Numbered from the stretch's first letter, positions 26,586-41,437 are shown. The stretch is DNA of 64,000 nucleotides from Bigelowiella natans CCMP2755 (GCA_000320545.1 ADNK01003312.1:1-64000); one strand, 5' to 3'. A program made the numbers and translations. The notes: generated by a model not told the origin, from the letters alone.

Positions 26586-28007
26586 TCATATGTGTGTTTA
26601 TGTGCGTGTGTGTGTGTGTGTGTGTTTGTGTGAATAGGCTTGGTATGGGTTGATGAAGGATGAAGGAGAAACTAAGAGTGGTAAGATTCTCCTCTCCCTC
26701 CTCCCTCCTTTCCCCCCCTTCTTCTTCCTGCTTCCCCCCCCCTCCTCCTCTTCCTTTTCTCACTCTCTGACATACCTTTTGCACGGCAGTTGATGGTGAT
26801 GAAATCAATGAAATCTTCCTTGTTGATGAATTTGATATCCTCCCTCTGACAAATTCAGGATTATTGAACAAGGCAGCTGTCACCACACAGCAAGGGCAAC
26901 ATTCATCCTCATCATCATCCTGCAAACCATCATCATCAGTATCCTCTCGAATCCCCATTGCTGCCAGCCACCAATTGCTACTCTAACACGTCTTAAAGCA
27001 GCAGCAGCATGCGCCGGCACCTTCATCTCCTTGAGAATCAATTTGTAAGGAACGAGGTTGAATTGTTTCTGGAAAAGTCACGAGAGGAGAATGCATGAGT
27101 CACTAGAAGGAAGGGCCGAAGAGGCAACCAATCGGCAATGAAGGAAAAACGACCATCACCATCGTCGTCATCACCATCACCGCCACCACCACCACCAACA
27201 ACAACAACAATAAGAAGAGAAGAAGCGCTAAAAGCCTTCATAGCAATGGTAATAGCGAAGCGTAATGAGAAGGGAATAGTGAAAAGATGCTGCTGCAACC
27301 AAGTTTCACTCATTTTCATCGATGAGGGGAACACACGTCTGTAAATTGCGAGGAATATAACGCACGCTAGAGCTACTTGGCATCATTGCCATTATTATAC
27401 GACTAATGCCCTTCTTCGCACCGCAGCAAACCATTATTTTCATCATCACTGTCCAATATATCGATGAATACCTACCAGCGTCTCTGCTTTCCTTTCAAGG
27501 AAGTAGATGTTTAGCTTATCCGCTAATCTGTGGAGGAGGAGAGGGGGGGGGGGGGGAGGGGGGGGGGGGCTGTGAATGATGACGACGATGGTGATGATGA
27601 TGATGCTGATGACGATGATGATGGTAATGATCATAGCACGTCGTTGAAAAATCATCCTTTGCGGGGTTGGAACTGAGGTATTGCCAATTCTCGACGCTAC
27701 CACTACTACTACTACCACTACTACTACTACTTCTCCTTCATTATCTTCTCCTTCTTGTACCACTACTGGTACTGCTGCTACTACCCCTGTCATTCCTATT
27801 ACGGCTGTTACTACTATCTATGCTGCAGACCCCAATTTTGCTACTACAAAACTTCCTTTTTTCGTTTTTATCAAGGGCACATTCAGTGTCAGTTCATCTT
27901 ACTTTATCAAGCTCGTCAAATAGGGCAGTAAGTCGCGTGGAACCACCCTGATTATGAGCGTTGGTTGTGTGTGTATGTCAGCCCCCCCCACGGCCAGGAA
28001 GGGGGAG

Positions 28008-28042
<35 letters not shown>

Positions 28043-28258
28043 GAGGAGGAGGCGTCAATTAAATCACTTCGCCACAAAATTTCCAACAGAATTACAGAAG
28101 CTTGAAGCTACTTACACAGATGATTCTCTCTCTCTCCCCCCCCCTCTCTCTCTGCGAGTGTATGTGTGGATTACATTTGCCACTCTTCCCTCAAAGTAGG
28201 AGCCCTGATACAGACGTATTCGTGTGAGCAAGCGTTTTTTGGTAATTTCGTGTGTATG

Positions 28259-28294
<36 letters not shown>

Positions 28295-28851
28295 TGTGTG
28301 TGTGTCGTTAGAGTGAGAGTTAAAGTGTTTGTATCGCCGCCTCCACGAATTTTCTATTCCCTCCATCCTCCCCCCCCCCCCCCCCCGTTGGGTATTTGTA
28401 GTGCGTGCTTGCGTCTTATTGACCGTTGTTCGATTCCCAGCATCACCTCCAATAACTTTGTAGAGCTGAATGAAGAAGATAGTACTCATTGCACGCACGA
28501 GAAGGAGCAGCAGCAGCAGGACAGCCACCACCACCACCACCACCACTACTACTACTTGTCTGATACTAGTAGTACTTTTATATTGAAATCTTCCTTCGTA
28601 TCACCAGGGATCCATATTGAATGGCAAAACCTATTTTTTGTGCATGTAGTAGTTTCGCATCAATGCCTTGTTCTTTGTTCATTGTTCATTGCGCAACGAC
28701 AACGAAGACAAGGAGGGACTACTATTATAAATGTATTATTACGCTGATGATTTCTCAGCATGTATCTCGTGCCAATCAGCGTCCTTGTGGGTATTATCTG
28801 GCCAACAACAAACATCAAATTCCAAGCCAATGCCGGCTGATTGTACTTGAG

Positions 28852-28887
<36 letters not shown>

Positions 28888-29379
28888 TGTCTGCCGTTCG
28901 TTTGAAAACTGACTTTCCATATCATCACGTTTTTTCTGTTCTTTGTGCAGCTTTGGGATGATTTTCTCAAAGTCGCCAAAGGCCTGGAGAAGAAGAAGAA
29001 GAAGAAGAAGAAGAAGAAGAAGAAGAAGAAGGAGGAAATCGCCAATATCATCAACCGCTATTATTATCATTCCTCAGAATAGCGATGAACGCTTCCCACC
29101 TCGCGCATGGCTAAGCTTTAAAAGCTGTGGAAACAGCTTTAGGGAAAAACTATTCGAACACTACTCAGCTTCTTCCGTGCAGGCATGCAATCAAAGACCT
29201 CCAGTTTACACACGACGCATCATGCATGGGGGTTCCTTCTAAATTAGACAATCATTACCCGAACAAGCTCTCGCTTGGTGCTGCCGTAGGTTGCCGATTG
29301 AAGCTAGTAATCATAATAAGGTGGTAGTGCAAGCATATGTTTCGTTATGGAGAGTATTCGCGCGGGCACACATAGTTGC

Positions 29380-29431
<52 letters not shown>

Positions 29432-29687
29432 AATATGTATTATAATTATAACGAACTTACCATGAGGAGGACAATTGTGACAGCGATCGGTGAAACTACA
29501 ACATTCTGAAAGCAAGTAGCAAGGTATAAATGTATGATATTATAGTATGTTACATTATCTAAGCTACATCAACAGCATTTATAATTCATTATACTGGAGG
29601 AGAATATGTGCTTTTGGAGGGAAACAACAAGAAGCGTGCACGTGCTCAATATTTGTAGAGTAGAGATCCACGTTTTAATATTAATAC

Positions 29688-29757
<70 letters not shown>

Positions 29758-29951
29758 GCGCTCTCTAGTCCTCGTCATCATCAATAAACATGTTTTTCCA
29801 GATAATAACTCTTCAACGTCTATATTCTTTTAACTCGTAGCAAAAATTCAAGCCTACTCAAAAGAACCTGCAACGGCCCATCGTTCCGCTTGAGCTCTTC
29901 CAGCTGCAATGTAACAATAGCCCATCATCGCCATCAACATACCGTCATCAC

Positions 29952-29984
<33 letters not shown>

Positions 29985-30046
29985 TTCGAAAAATCTATAC
30001 GAATAGAGGCTTTTATGTGATTTACACATTGAATCTCATCACTGTG

Positions 30047-30089
<43 letters not shown>

Positions 30090-30390
30090 CATATACATAT
30101 ACATATACACACAATATGCATTGTTAGTTGCAATACTACCGCGAAATTTAGAGCGTCAAAACCCAGAAGATTCAACTGCTCCTCTCTCAAAACTCTGAGC
30201 AGCATGTACGCCTACAGCATTCCAACAGAGTTATTAAACTTCACGCAGAATCTTGAACTCAGTGAGATTTAGATCACATAATTACGATCCTTACTCTCTC
30301 TGTGGCGTCCACGTCTTCCGCATTTAAACCCATTTTGGCTTTCATTTCCTGTACACACACACGCGCGCGCGCGCGTATACAGACATGAAG

Positions 30391-30441
<51 letters not shown>

Positions 30442-30983
30442 GTTGAAAATATGTGTGTGTGTAGTGTATGTATGTGTGTATGTGTGAGTATGTGTATGTG
30501 TGGGGGTGTGCGTGTGTGGAGACTACTGTAGATTCTGAGTCATCAAAAAATCAACGCTCACATATCCTTGCAGAGCCAGGCTATTTTTCATGCGAATAAA
30601 TTCGACAAAGCAGTTATTTCCTTCTTACCTCTTCTGTGGGAGGGCCATCGACCCTCTGCTGAAAGCTGCAATTTCCCATTTTATCTCTCGAAAAATCCTG
30701 ATGCAACATAGCATGAGGGTTAATGTAGCTTAAGCTTAAGGAGTAGCTGTTAATGTCCTTGTCTGGATAAACATAGCGATTTTCCAATGTCGTATCGATC
30801 AGATTCGCTCGATCAGCAACAATACGTGCGTTCTACTCCCTAATATTACTGCTGTGCGTAAAGGCAGCTTCCGCTATGACTAGGAAAGTCACCAGATCAA
30901 GGAGGGGAGGCGAAGGGTCGTTCCGTGCAAGCTACTTGCTCCTGATTCGTAACTGGCTCAAGTAGCTCAGCTTTAATGGACAT
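20268..30983 (-). CDS. Large divergent serpin-like protein with internal acidic/Cys-rich insertion; could alternatively be two genes
   Basis: Serpin motifs appear in canonical order: LEELKRNDGPLQ|NVVVSPIAVTIVLLM|LQSATYGSTKRELVR (hB/hC, ~29900-29260), FCHSIWIPG (s2A), YFEGRVAN, FFRVSRTHKVRTQ|FMH (F......V.V.MM), IFLRLPKLR (LPKF), LSGITQKTIITLAPKGE (s5A/hinge), HFIANKPFLMVIH (F.ANHPFLF.I, ~21520). Last exon DGRREMNVKRNAADTKHS*. Confidence 0.6.
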
Positions 30984-31434
30984 ATGTCATGATGGTAATG
31001 CCGTGGATTCTTTGCTATATATCAGTGAAATTTACTTTTTTTTTTAAAATATAATAAGATTTTTGAACTTCTTGGAAAAATGAAACCACTCCTAGTATCT
31101 GAAAATTTTCGTCGCCTTCTGGAGCGAATCTCTTTAAGACGATCGGGGGGATTCGAAAGATGAAGAAGATACGAAATAGCCTATAAATGAAACAACAAAT
31201 AGATTTTTTGCTGAAAGCAATCACATAATCGGAAGGATATGGACTCAGTATTGAAAATAATTGGTTCTTGTATGTCAATGAAGCGATCAGTCCCTGCGGA
31301 TTGAAATTAGTAGGTATTTTTTTGACAGCGACAATGTTTTGCGCTGGTTTATGATTATAGCTTTAAAATATAGGCGGATTTCTTTCTGCGTCATGCCGAT
31401 TTGAAGGTTGTTACTGCAACACCGCTGGGCACAT

Positions 31435-32180
31435 ATGTTCTGCTATGAGTGCTCGCAGCCTTCCCTCCCCCTCGCTAAATTGTCTTCCTCAGATCTAATG
31501 TGTTCTATCGTAGGCATACAAATAAGCGTGAACTGAGGCTTCGAGAACTTAATTGCGGTGGTGTATGCATTCGATGCTACACTGACGGGGTATGTGGCAA
31601 AAATGTTTGCTGCTCACCTGGCGTGCTGTTGAAGCTCAAACATCTCGATTGTATTCTGGTTTTGGATAGGAGCAAGAAAAGTACTTTCCTATCCCCTTTC
31701 GCAGCAAGGCATCGCAATCGTCAACCCCATCGTCTGCGGGATCTGTAGAAGCAGTATTAACAAAAAGAAGGCGTTGTGATGACGACGAGGGCAACGACGA
31801 CGAGGACACCAGCATCAAGGAAGGGAGAAGGGAGGAAAAGGGGGTTGAAGATTGCGATAAAAATGAAAATGGCAATGATAAGAATGATAAACAGGAAATG
31901 CTCCCGGTAAGCCATTCGTGAATCAATTATCATGTGTTCACGTCGTTGTGTCCAAATACAAGCTTGCATGTGTCTGCCTTCTAGTTTGAAGATTTTAACT
32001 AAATCCTCCTCTGTCGTATTTCTTGATGCTGCCTCTCTCCTCGCCATGAAGGTCGATCGTATTCTACAGAACAGAGCAATTACGCTGTATTTAGAGAAAT
32101 ATCCTGAGGAGAGTAGCGATGAGATAGTGCGTGCGCTGTGGCTATGGCTTCCATCTAAGGTATGCATTTGCACATGTATT

Positions 32181-32236
<56 letters not shown>

Positions 32237-32283
32237 GTGGCAGAGACAGAGATAGAGACACACAGAGAGAAAAGAATACTCAT

Positions 32284-32323
<40 letters not shown>

Positions 32324-33590
32324 AGTGTATCTGTTTATGCACGCGCATGTTTAAGATTGTGAGTGTTTGCTCAGATTCTGACCGATGAGGTTATGAGGCT
32401 ACTAAAGGATAATGAAGCGTACAATAAGCCAACAGCCAATATCCTTGAGCTGGGAGCAGGCGCAGGGGTTGTAGTAAACATAGAAACCGAACAGCGAGAA
32501 CAGCAAAAATCGATTATACCAATACACAGCGTATAAATAGTGATGATGGTGTGAATGAGGGTAGTCGTAGTCAGGTTTTCCTAGCATTAAAAGCTACACG
32601 ATCGCCTCCATAGCCGTGTTGCTATCGTTTATAGGTTGTCGGTATATTCATCTCGAAAGTGTTCAAAGGAGCATGCGTCTACATAACGGATAGAAGCAAA
32701 GCGGCCTTGCAGGTAGTACAGATGGAGGGGGGGGGGAGAGAGAGAGAGAGCATGAGAGTGATAGTTGCAGGATATAGTTATGGTACTTGGAATCATACAT
32801 TGATCTCCCCCATTCTAAGGTCGCTACATTAAATGCTGCTCTCAATTGTGACGGTGTCGGATTAAGGAGGCAAAATGCTAGTAGATCCCAACGGCATACC
32901 CCCCCCCCCCCTCCCTCCTCCTCCTCTGGGGACAACGAAGATCCAACCAATTGCAGGGGACAGAACACGGCAACCGTTGTAATGCAATCCCTTGTGTGGG
33001 GGGAGGAGAAGACTCAGCTCACGCACGTTGCTCGATATGATGATAATGATAATGATGATGAGGAGGAGGAGGATGATGATGATGATAATAACACTTATGC
33101 TGGACGGCAAAGCTATCCAGATATCAAAGGTTTGTTCAGGCTCATAGGAAGTAAAGGAATCCCCCGTAGAAGTAGAGCGGCATGAGCATGCATTTTCTCT
33201 GTGCTCTGTCTCCGGAGATGATGGATACCTTGGGAGAGTGGAAAAGCCTATTTGGGACCCACACGTAAACGTTATGCTTTTCGCGCGTGTGTGTGTGTGT
33301 GTGTGTGTGTGCGTGCGTGTGCTTTTAGGGAGCAGTGCACAGCCCTCCGCTACCCCCCCTGCCCCCTGTGCCGGGTTCAAACTGATAATGGCGTCTGATG
33401 TGTGCTATGACGACGACTGCGTCGTTCCCTTGTGGAATACGATAAACAGGTGAATGCCATGTAGAGCATGTGCCAAAAAATCAACTAGCAAATTTGTGAG
33501 GGCTGCTGATTTGTCAATGACTGTGTATGTGCGTGTGTGCGGCTAGGTATTTATCTCAAGAGAAGGAATCGCTGTTCATAATGTTGTAAA

Positions 33591-33635
<45 letters not shown>

Positions 33636-33676
33636 TTATATATTATATAAATACAAAAACGATTTCGTATATTGTA

Positions 33677-33714
<38 letters not shown>

Positions 33715-34847
33715 TGTATTGTATCTAAGCTCATGGGATGATACAAGGAAGGTTTTTTTTCGCTTGTATGTGTGTCGTATGCGCGTAACACAGTAGGGTT
33801 AGCCTTTTTCCTTTTGCCGTCGTTGCTCATGCTCTGTATATGTCCTCCTACTGATCGTTATATGTTGGAATCTGCTTCCCCGTTTCAACGACTACTTATT
33901 CTTTGATTCTTAGGGCACATGAGCTCAGGTTCACTCAAACCATAGAAAACGGGAAGGTAATGAGAATGTTGAAGGAGGGGGGGGGGGGTAACACGAAATG
34001 TAACACGAGGCCGATTAGTCACGATCACGTCTAAACATTGGCTATTTAGGTCATCCGAGAAGAGGAGGACTCAACGCTGAAACTTTTCATTCAGGTAAGC
34101 TTACAGCAACATCGACGCTCGCTGACATGAAATGCATCAAATATTAGGCTTGCTTTGACACGTGCAATTGTTCGGCTTTCGTCAAGTTCTTCCCGCATCA
34201 TATCCTTTGTATCACGCAGAAAGGAACGGAGCTCGGTTTCTTCCTCCGGAGTGCCAGGGCGCATCGATTTCGGGGTTGTGGTTACGATGACCGCGACAAC
34301 TTCCAATACGGTGATGAACACGACGCACGGAGTCAACTTATGAATGAAGAACCGTCGTATAACAGCATTTTCAAGATAAAGGCAGAGGTAATAGCATTGG
34401 CGTCTAGAATCTGCTTCATCAGGGACAGTGTAATGAGATAAGCACATATGTGAGGATGTGAGAGCTAATACGTGGTTTTCATCGGCAAAGTCCCCCCAAC
34501 TCTTACCCTCCTGAACGTATCTGCTGTGCTAGGCACCAAATTCAGCTGGGAATCATCATGATGACAGTAAAGGCCACATAGTGACACTTGTCTTCAAGCG
34601 GTCCTGTCGTACGACAGCTACGAGGGCAAATAGCGAGAATAAAAAGACAGTTTCAAAGCAAAACAACGGAGCTGCTAAAGCTACTGCCGGGACTGCTGCT
34701 CCTGCTTCTGCTGCTGCTGGGAAATGCATTGATAGCGCCGATTATAATGGTGATGGTGGTGATGGTGGTAATGGTGATTCATCTCCTGCAGAGCTGTTGG
34801 CGACAAAGCCTACATCAAGGAAGAGGAAAAATCGGGTTCAGAGTTGA
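31435..34847 (+). CDS. Seven-beta-strand protein methyltransferase, METTL21/Methyltransf_16 family; 5' end unresolved
   Basis: RALWLWLPSK|ILT, NILELGAGAG|VVGI (motif I), VYITD, LNAALN, SLVWG, FKLIMASDVCYD (DxxY motif II), AHELR. Acidic insertions are present. Confidence 0.88.
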
Positions 34848-35479
34848 ACGAAGCTGGCTATTCTTAGCTGCGTGCCATTCAATAAACCCAAACGACACAT
34901 CGATCGATATGAAGCTAGCGCCGCCCAAAAGCGGTTCTAACACAATACGTACGGATTATTTAAATGAGAAGAGTGTTGCTAGGTTGTTCTTGCATGCACG
35001 CCATAGGCGTATGTATGCTTACAAATCGAAAATGAGTTTTGACGTCGAAAACGTCGCTGACTGCTATCTAGCTATGTACAGCAACATGCAGTAGAATAAA
35101 GCGATGCTACTACTGAACATGTGCTGCTAACTCGTGGTTTTAAGACGTACATTAAATGCAAATCATGCTTTCGTCATCACCTAATCCAACCCTGCTCGCG
35201 CAGGCCTGCTACTGACATGGAAATGCAAGCGTCAACGCTTTCTATAATAAGGAGGAGCTCCCAAAGAGCATGCACAAGTAAAATACGCCATTCTGAGCAC
35301 GGTGTTGAATTTGTAGTGCCGCACAAGATTCTCGCTGCTCTATCAAGCGGCTGGCTGCATGAATGGAAAGTATTATGCTGGCAACTGAAGCAATACGAGA
35401 CGTCAATTTAAATATATCTTGGTTGTGAAATGGCTTCATAGATTACTCTGTTTTATCCGCTTCATTGTAAAACCCTCGT

Positions 35480-36917
35480 CAGCATAGTAGTAGAGTTCTA
35501 CTTCGGTCGGGCAGCCCGTCAATCGAGTACTTCGTGGTCTGCGGAGGGATTAAGGAGGTGGATTTATGTGTCCAGCAATACCATCGTATATCGCATCAGT
35601 ATTTATTTACTTTTGATATTTCGAAATTATTAGAGTGCCGTGTTCGGCATGTTATTTTTATATGCCCATATATTGCTGGAGGGCATTAGGGATAGGCCAA
35701 AGTTAAAAAAGTAGGAAACGAATGTTATTCCGATTTTGTCAATTTTTCCGCTGACCTTGGGCTGGATGTTTAACACATAGACAATGCCATGACTGTATAA
35801 TTAAAAGGTTGATATGAAGAGTATCAGTTAAAAAGGTGTAATCAAACGTGTATAGCACAAAATAGCCTACGCCTATGAATTCCCCCCCCCCCTCCCCCCC
35901 CTCCGCTCTTTCACTTCGTTGAGCTAAAGCTTAAAAAAGACACAAAACTGATGCTTCTTTTCCTTCAAAGTGAGTACCGCACAAGCACACAGCGTCACCA
36001 AGATTCCAGCAAATACCGCACACAGCACCATTTTAAGCGTGGTTCCCTTCTGAAGGGGACAAACAATAATATTATTGGCGTTTTTAGGCTTGCCATTATT
36101 GTGCGTGCTGGTGGAGAACAGCATAACTTCTGCCAAAATTACTTGAGAAATCTGTCATTGTTTCCAATAGCAAAACACGTTGCAGAGCGTTTGCGTACAA
36201 TAAGATCTACCTTGTCGTTGTTGGATCCTTGATGGTTGAGTGCTAGTTGCACGTTTGCCTGTAGAAAATACGACAAAATTAGTGATGTTTCATACTAATG
36301 CAGTTCAAAGAGCTCGTCACGCTTTCGATAATGAGAAAGCCAATCAAAGAAATTTTCGTCTTCTGTTGCCTTCCATACTCTCGTTGTCGATCGGTGTGAG
36401 AGTGTGAGTGTACACGGACCCAAGTTTCTAAGTGCTCCTCAATCAATGCCATTGAATCCAAGACTGACGATGGTATTATTGAGGACAATGGCGATGGCAG
36501 CGACCCCGACGATGGTGGCGATGACGAATTCGACGACGATTCCAGGATTTCTTGCTCATTGGACTGCTGCAGTGTTTGTTTAGCTACAATGTGACTACTA
36601 TCCGGCTTTAGAACCCCATTCTTTTCCTCGCGAATTAATTGCCGTCCGAAATCAAATTCCTTTTGTGTCTCCACAGATTTTTCCGGTGATGAAGTGGGGG
36701 GGGGGGAAGACAAAGGAGTTTCCGAAAATGATGTTAAAGTCCCGTTAGCAATGTCGCTTCTCGGTGGCACCAAACTATTTGCATAAGCTTTGTTCCCTGT
36801 CCATGACCCCATCAACATCACGGTAGGTGAAAGGTCAGGGAGGAGGCAAAGTACTAGTAACCATGATGAAGGACGGAGGGAAAAGGTGCTGTCCCCCCAC
36901 CCCATCTCCATCTCCAT
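35480..36917 (-). CDS. Hypothetical single-pass membrane protein with S/P-rich ectodomain
   Basis: Long first exon with hydrophobic WLLVLCLL and an S/P-rich tract. A later AG/GT-bounded exon encodes the TM-like segment MVLCAVFAGILVTLCACA (~35978-36050). The 3' end is uncertain. Confidence 0.5.
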
Positions 36918-37288
36918 CCGAGGTTTTCTTTCTTTAGAGCCAAAAACAGGGATAATCTTCCATACGACAACAAAATCTCTTTGTCGTACGTGTAAAATAC
37001 AACATGCCTATTGCGTCTTGCTAACAGTTATGTTTGACCTGGACCTGGACCTATCCTACGACGTATGGACAGTTGATCAGTTTCGGTCTCAGGAGATCAG
37101 TTTCGAGTGGAAGATGAAGGGCGTTTTTAATAGTTTTTTTTCCGCGCAAAAGCGATCGTTTTTTTCGATGCGACAACGATTATTTCGATTCATTATTGAG
37201 CGCTCCGAGGCTGGAATGGATTCTCGACCTCGGTGACGCTCCGCCCTGTGTAGCTCGTCTGCCTCGAGAGCGGATCTTGCTAGGCGCA

Positions 37289-38074
37289 ATGGGAGGCATG
37301 TGCTGCTCCCAAAGATCCCCCAAACCGAAATGTACGCGAACTATTGAGCGCCACGCTGAAACGCGAAACCCCCCCCCCTCAGACATGTTCTCGTCCCACA
37401 GATGAATTTGGCTCGAAGAGGAGGACCGAGGACGAAAAGACTCCCTTTGAGAATGAACAGTTCAGATCTTTACACTGCACAACTCACCCTCCTCCCCCAA
37501 CTGATGTTGCTGTGTACAGTAGGGGAGGTGGGGGCCTGAAGAGGCGAATCTCCTACATTACAGGTTGTTCGGTGGTGTGTGTAGCATTGCTTTTTAATGA
37601 TTTGTAGAAAAAGTGCTTCATCTTAATCCATATTGCTTTTCTAAGAGAATATATTTGTTACCCACCCCATGCCCCCCTCCTTGTCATTGATTCCAACCCA
37701 ATGGAAGGCGATATTGCTGAGCACATCGTCCAGAACAGGTATTGATTAGTCTTTAATATATGGTCTCAGCTCTCTCCCTTCCCACCTCCCTCTCGATCTC
37801 CCCCTCGCCGCTCTCTAAACCATGAAGCGACACGCCAGTGCAGCGCAACAACACAGACGAATCAATCAATCAAACAACTCGAATTCGATTTTCCTTATGT
37901 ACTTCTTAAGATGGATGTTGGTGCGGCAACTCGATCTGGGATTGTCGTTATCTTCATCGTTTTCATCATAATTCCATGTTCTCACTCGAATCGACGGTTG
38001 CAAACCATATTAGCTATGATACGCAAAGCCTATTGAAAGCAACAGAGGTACTTCTTGCGAAGTATATTTGGGTT

Positions 38075-38111
<37 letters not shown>

Positions 38112-38227
38112 CATAAGACCTGCCTTTCAAGAACAAATATTTTTTGTTTACACCGCTAGCCTTTGTGTTCTGATATTCTCTTTCCGCAACCCCCCCCCCA
38201 CCCCACCCCACCTCTCGCTGAATCCAG

Positions 38228-38262
<35 letters not shown>

Positions 38263-38449
38263 TATCATCATAAAATCAGCATGATGTTTGAACACGTGAA
38301 ACTAATGTAACAGGAGGGATGGCAGTTGGTTGTCCAGGCGCTTATGGTGGTTCTCCTCGACGAAGAGAGCAACAACACAATCACAAAGTAAAACCTAATA
38401 CTAATCCACTGCTGCAATGCCTATTCACATACGTTTTATGATTTTTGCC

Positions 38450-38488
<39 letters not shown>

Positions 38489-38707
38489 TCTCTTTCTCTT
38501 TCGCTCTCTCTCCATTGCTCGGTGCTACGATATAGACCAATGATCACGTGGGTACGGAATCATATAATTCTTCATGGAGCTCCCCAGTAATCATCAAATC
38601 CTCCAAACAACATAACGCATTGTTTCACACAGTAAATACTGTACTGACGAAAAGCGCATAGAAGTCCGGATTGGGGCACCCTTATCATCTTAACCATATC
38701 AATTGCA

Positions 38708-38747
<40 letters not shown>

Positions 38748-38980
38748 TCCTTTTCTCTTTCTCTTCCTTGTTGTTTTTGGAATGTTCAGGTCATGTTTGG
38801 GGTGCATTGACAACTTCGAGGCCAAAGAATGGGGGAAGGAAAGTCAGCCCTCCACTCGCACATTAGCCATAGGAATAGCCGATCGATCACCCAAATTGCA
38901 GCAGGGCACATCAGCCTAATTATGAATGATATAACGACGATATATCAACGTATAAAGGCATTACCTTTTTTTTTTGGTAC

Positions 38981-39031
<51 letters not shown>

Positions 39032-40323
39032 TCTCGTTCACTGTGTGTGTGTGTGTGTGTGTGTGTAGACAGCCAGCTGATGTATACTTGCTAGTAACTA
39101 AGCTAATGATGGCTATGTGATTCACTTGGAAGTATTTTTATATCAGGGATACGAAAGCTGTTCAGCCAAAAAGTCGTCGTAAAGATGCGATACGTAAGAA
39201 GGAGGAGTGCCATTGTATTCTATATCATTGTGCATAACACCACCGTGCCAATCGAGCCGCATTTTATTCTGAGTCTCCAATATTTTCATGTCTTTTGGGC
39301 GCTATTTCAATGGTGTTTGGCCGCTACTTGCTTGTTTCCTATCAAAAAAGGTCATCGTTTATATCTTCTTGAAGATGTACCAGGTTGCAGTTGGAAGTAG
39401 CAATGAGAAAGAATGGCATGCCATGTCGTGTACTCGTCGTCGTTGTCGCCCTTTTCGCCGGTTCAAGCAGAATAATGGAGGGCTGCAAACGTGAAGTGAA
39501 AGTGGGAAATCGTTCGTGCCTTTTGGCTCTGATGCCTAGCATATTCGTTCCCCGCCACTTAGGCGATGAACATTGATGGAAGTCGACTTCTACCGGTGCT
39601 AGTGTTTGAGGTGCTGGTGGTTCATGAGCTTGTTCCGATGAGAATGATGATGATGACGATGACGATGATGATGCAATTTGATGTTTGATTTCATTCTGTA
39701 AAGTAAATGATGCGAGCGATGATGATCATGTCGTGAAGAGGCTATTGGTTATGATGAGGCTGCTACTAGCCGTCTTTGTTATATAAAAATGCGTGTGAGA
39801 TAACTATTATAGTGACCTCTACCATCAGCATATATTATCATCGTCATCATCGTCGTGAGTGGCCGCAATTCGTTTTTTCTAGCAATAATTTTTTTAAAGA
39901 ACCCCCCCCTTTGACATTTACCATCATCATCATTATCATCATCATCATCATCATCATCATTACCGTCACCACCTCCACCGCTCATTGCGACTCCCCCCCC
40001 CCCCCTCCCTCTACACGCCTACCATCGGTGTGCCCTGTCAGGAATTATCGGTAAAACCGGAAACAGTAAGCCGTATTCGGGATCTGATCGACCACGAAAC
40101 GTGAGCTTTTAGTCCATTTTTTTAAATTGTGTCTACTAAATATGAACCAACTGCAAACGTGCACGTTGAAAGGACGACGGTCGTTGCATTGGCTCACGCA
40201 CCCTTCCCTCCTTCACCCCCACCCCCTCCCTCTCTTTTCCTTTTCCTTTTGCAGATTCAACAAAAAGGAGAGAGTGGCTCTCCTATTTCCAGACGGCCGA
40301 CATGTACGTTTGTTGTGGTTGTT

Positions 40324-40356
<33 letters not shown>

Positions 40357-40440
40357 GCGTGATCGGAATCAGTCATATCGCGTAGTCGTGGATGAATAGC
40401 CACGCTCATACATACTCAGTATTCTATGAGTATACACGTG

Positions 40441-40480
<40 letters not shown>

Positions 40481-40587
40481 AGGCCTAATTACTTTTCAAT
40501 GGGTATTTGTTCGTGTGCGTGTTTGTCTTTTATGCGAGCAGATCAAGACAAGAATTGGTGGAAATTCTTCTCATGGTGTTAATACTA

Positions 40588-40630
<43 letters not shown>

Positions 40631-40796
40631 CTTTCTCTTTCTCTTTCTCTATCCCCCGCCCCCTCCCTTCCCTATCGTGTGTGGCATGTATTTGGAAGTG
40701 ATACGTATTCCTTTATCATATGTGTGCGTAGGTGGAGGTTTACCGCAGCAATCATCGTCTCATTCGTCAGCTACGGAGCAATTCCATATGATCTAG
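37289..40796 (+). CDS. Hypothetical multi-exon protein with N-terminal dual acylation motif
   Basis: Starts [14 protein letters not shown]|YEFGSKRR. The exon chain [10 protein letters not shown]|[12 protein letters not shown]|[11 protein letters not shown]|[15 protein letters not shown]|[16 protein letters not shown] has consistent phases. Frames of the 3' exons are ambiguous. Confidence 0.6.
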
Positions 40797-41437
40797 TGAC
40801 ATGAGTATTGGCAGTATTGACAAAAGTAGTATTGACAAATAGCTGCTAGAGACTATGTGGAAAACGGCTTTTGGCATTACTTGACATTTGATGCATCGAA
40901 AGTACATGCACTCGGCGAAATGCCCACAACTTTACACATAGCATCTGCTAGACGTGCTATCGCGGGTGTGCGTGTATGCGTACTAGCGTATCCCTCAGCA
41001 GCTGCGCATGCAATCAAAGCTAGAAAGCTGCGTACAGGCATTTTTTTGTTGCTTTGGAAAATGAGAAATAAAAGATTTTTGCTTACTACAGCAAAACGCA
41101 AATGCAATTATTGAGCAATATAGTAACATTTATTAAAATTCATAAAAGATGTGCTATTCCTGGCTGCTAGATCGAGTTATAGAGTGGTTACAACTTCATT
41201 TAGTCATGCTCGCCAGGTGCTTGTTATTATGTAAACATTAACTAGACATTGCAGCAAACGCTGATACTGTAATGGCGCAGCGCTTTACTCCGCAAACTAT
41301 CTAGGTATAGCTCCAGATCTGGTCTGGTGGTATGCGTGTTGTTGCGATGATCTACACCTAGGTATCATCTGCATGCGCGAACTGTTAATGTGATAATCTT
41401 GACCTACGAATGCTTCGGCCGCGGTCGTCAGTGTATC

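Noticed and set aside
40040-40101. RGS-like [16 protein letters not shown] segment
   Set aside because: Flanking exons do not continue an RGS pattern and the reading frame is ambiguous.
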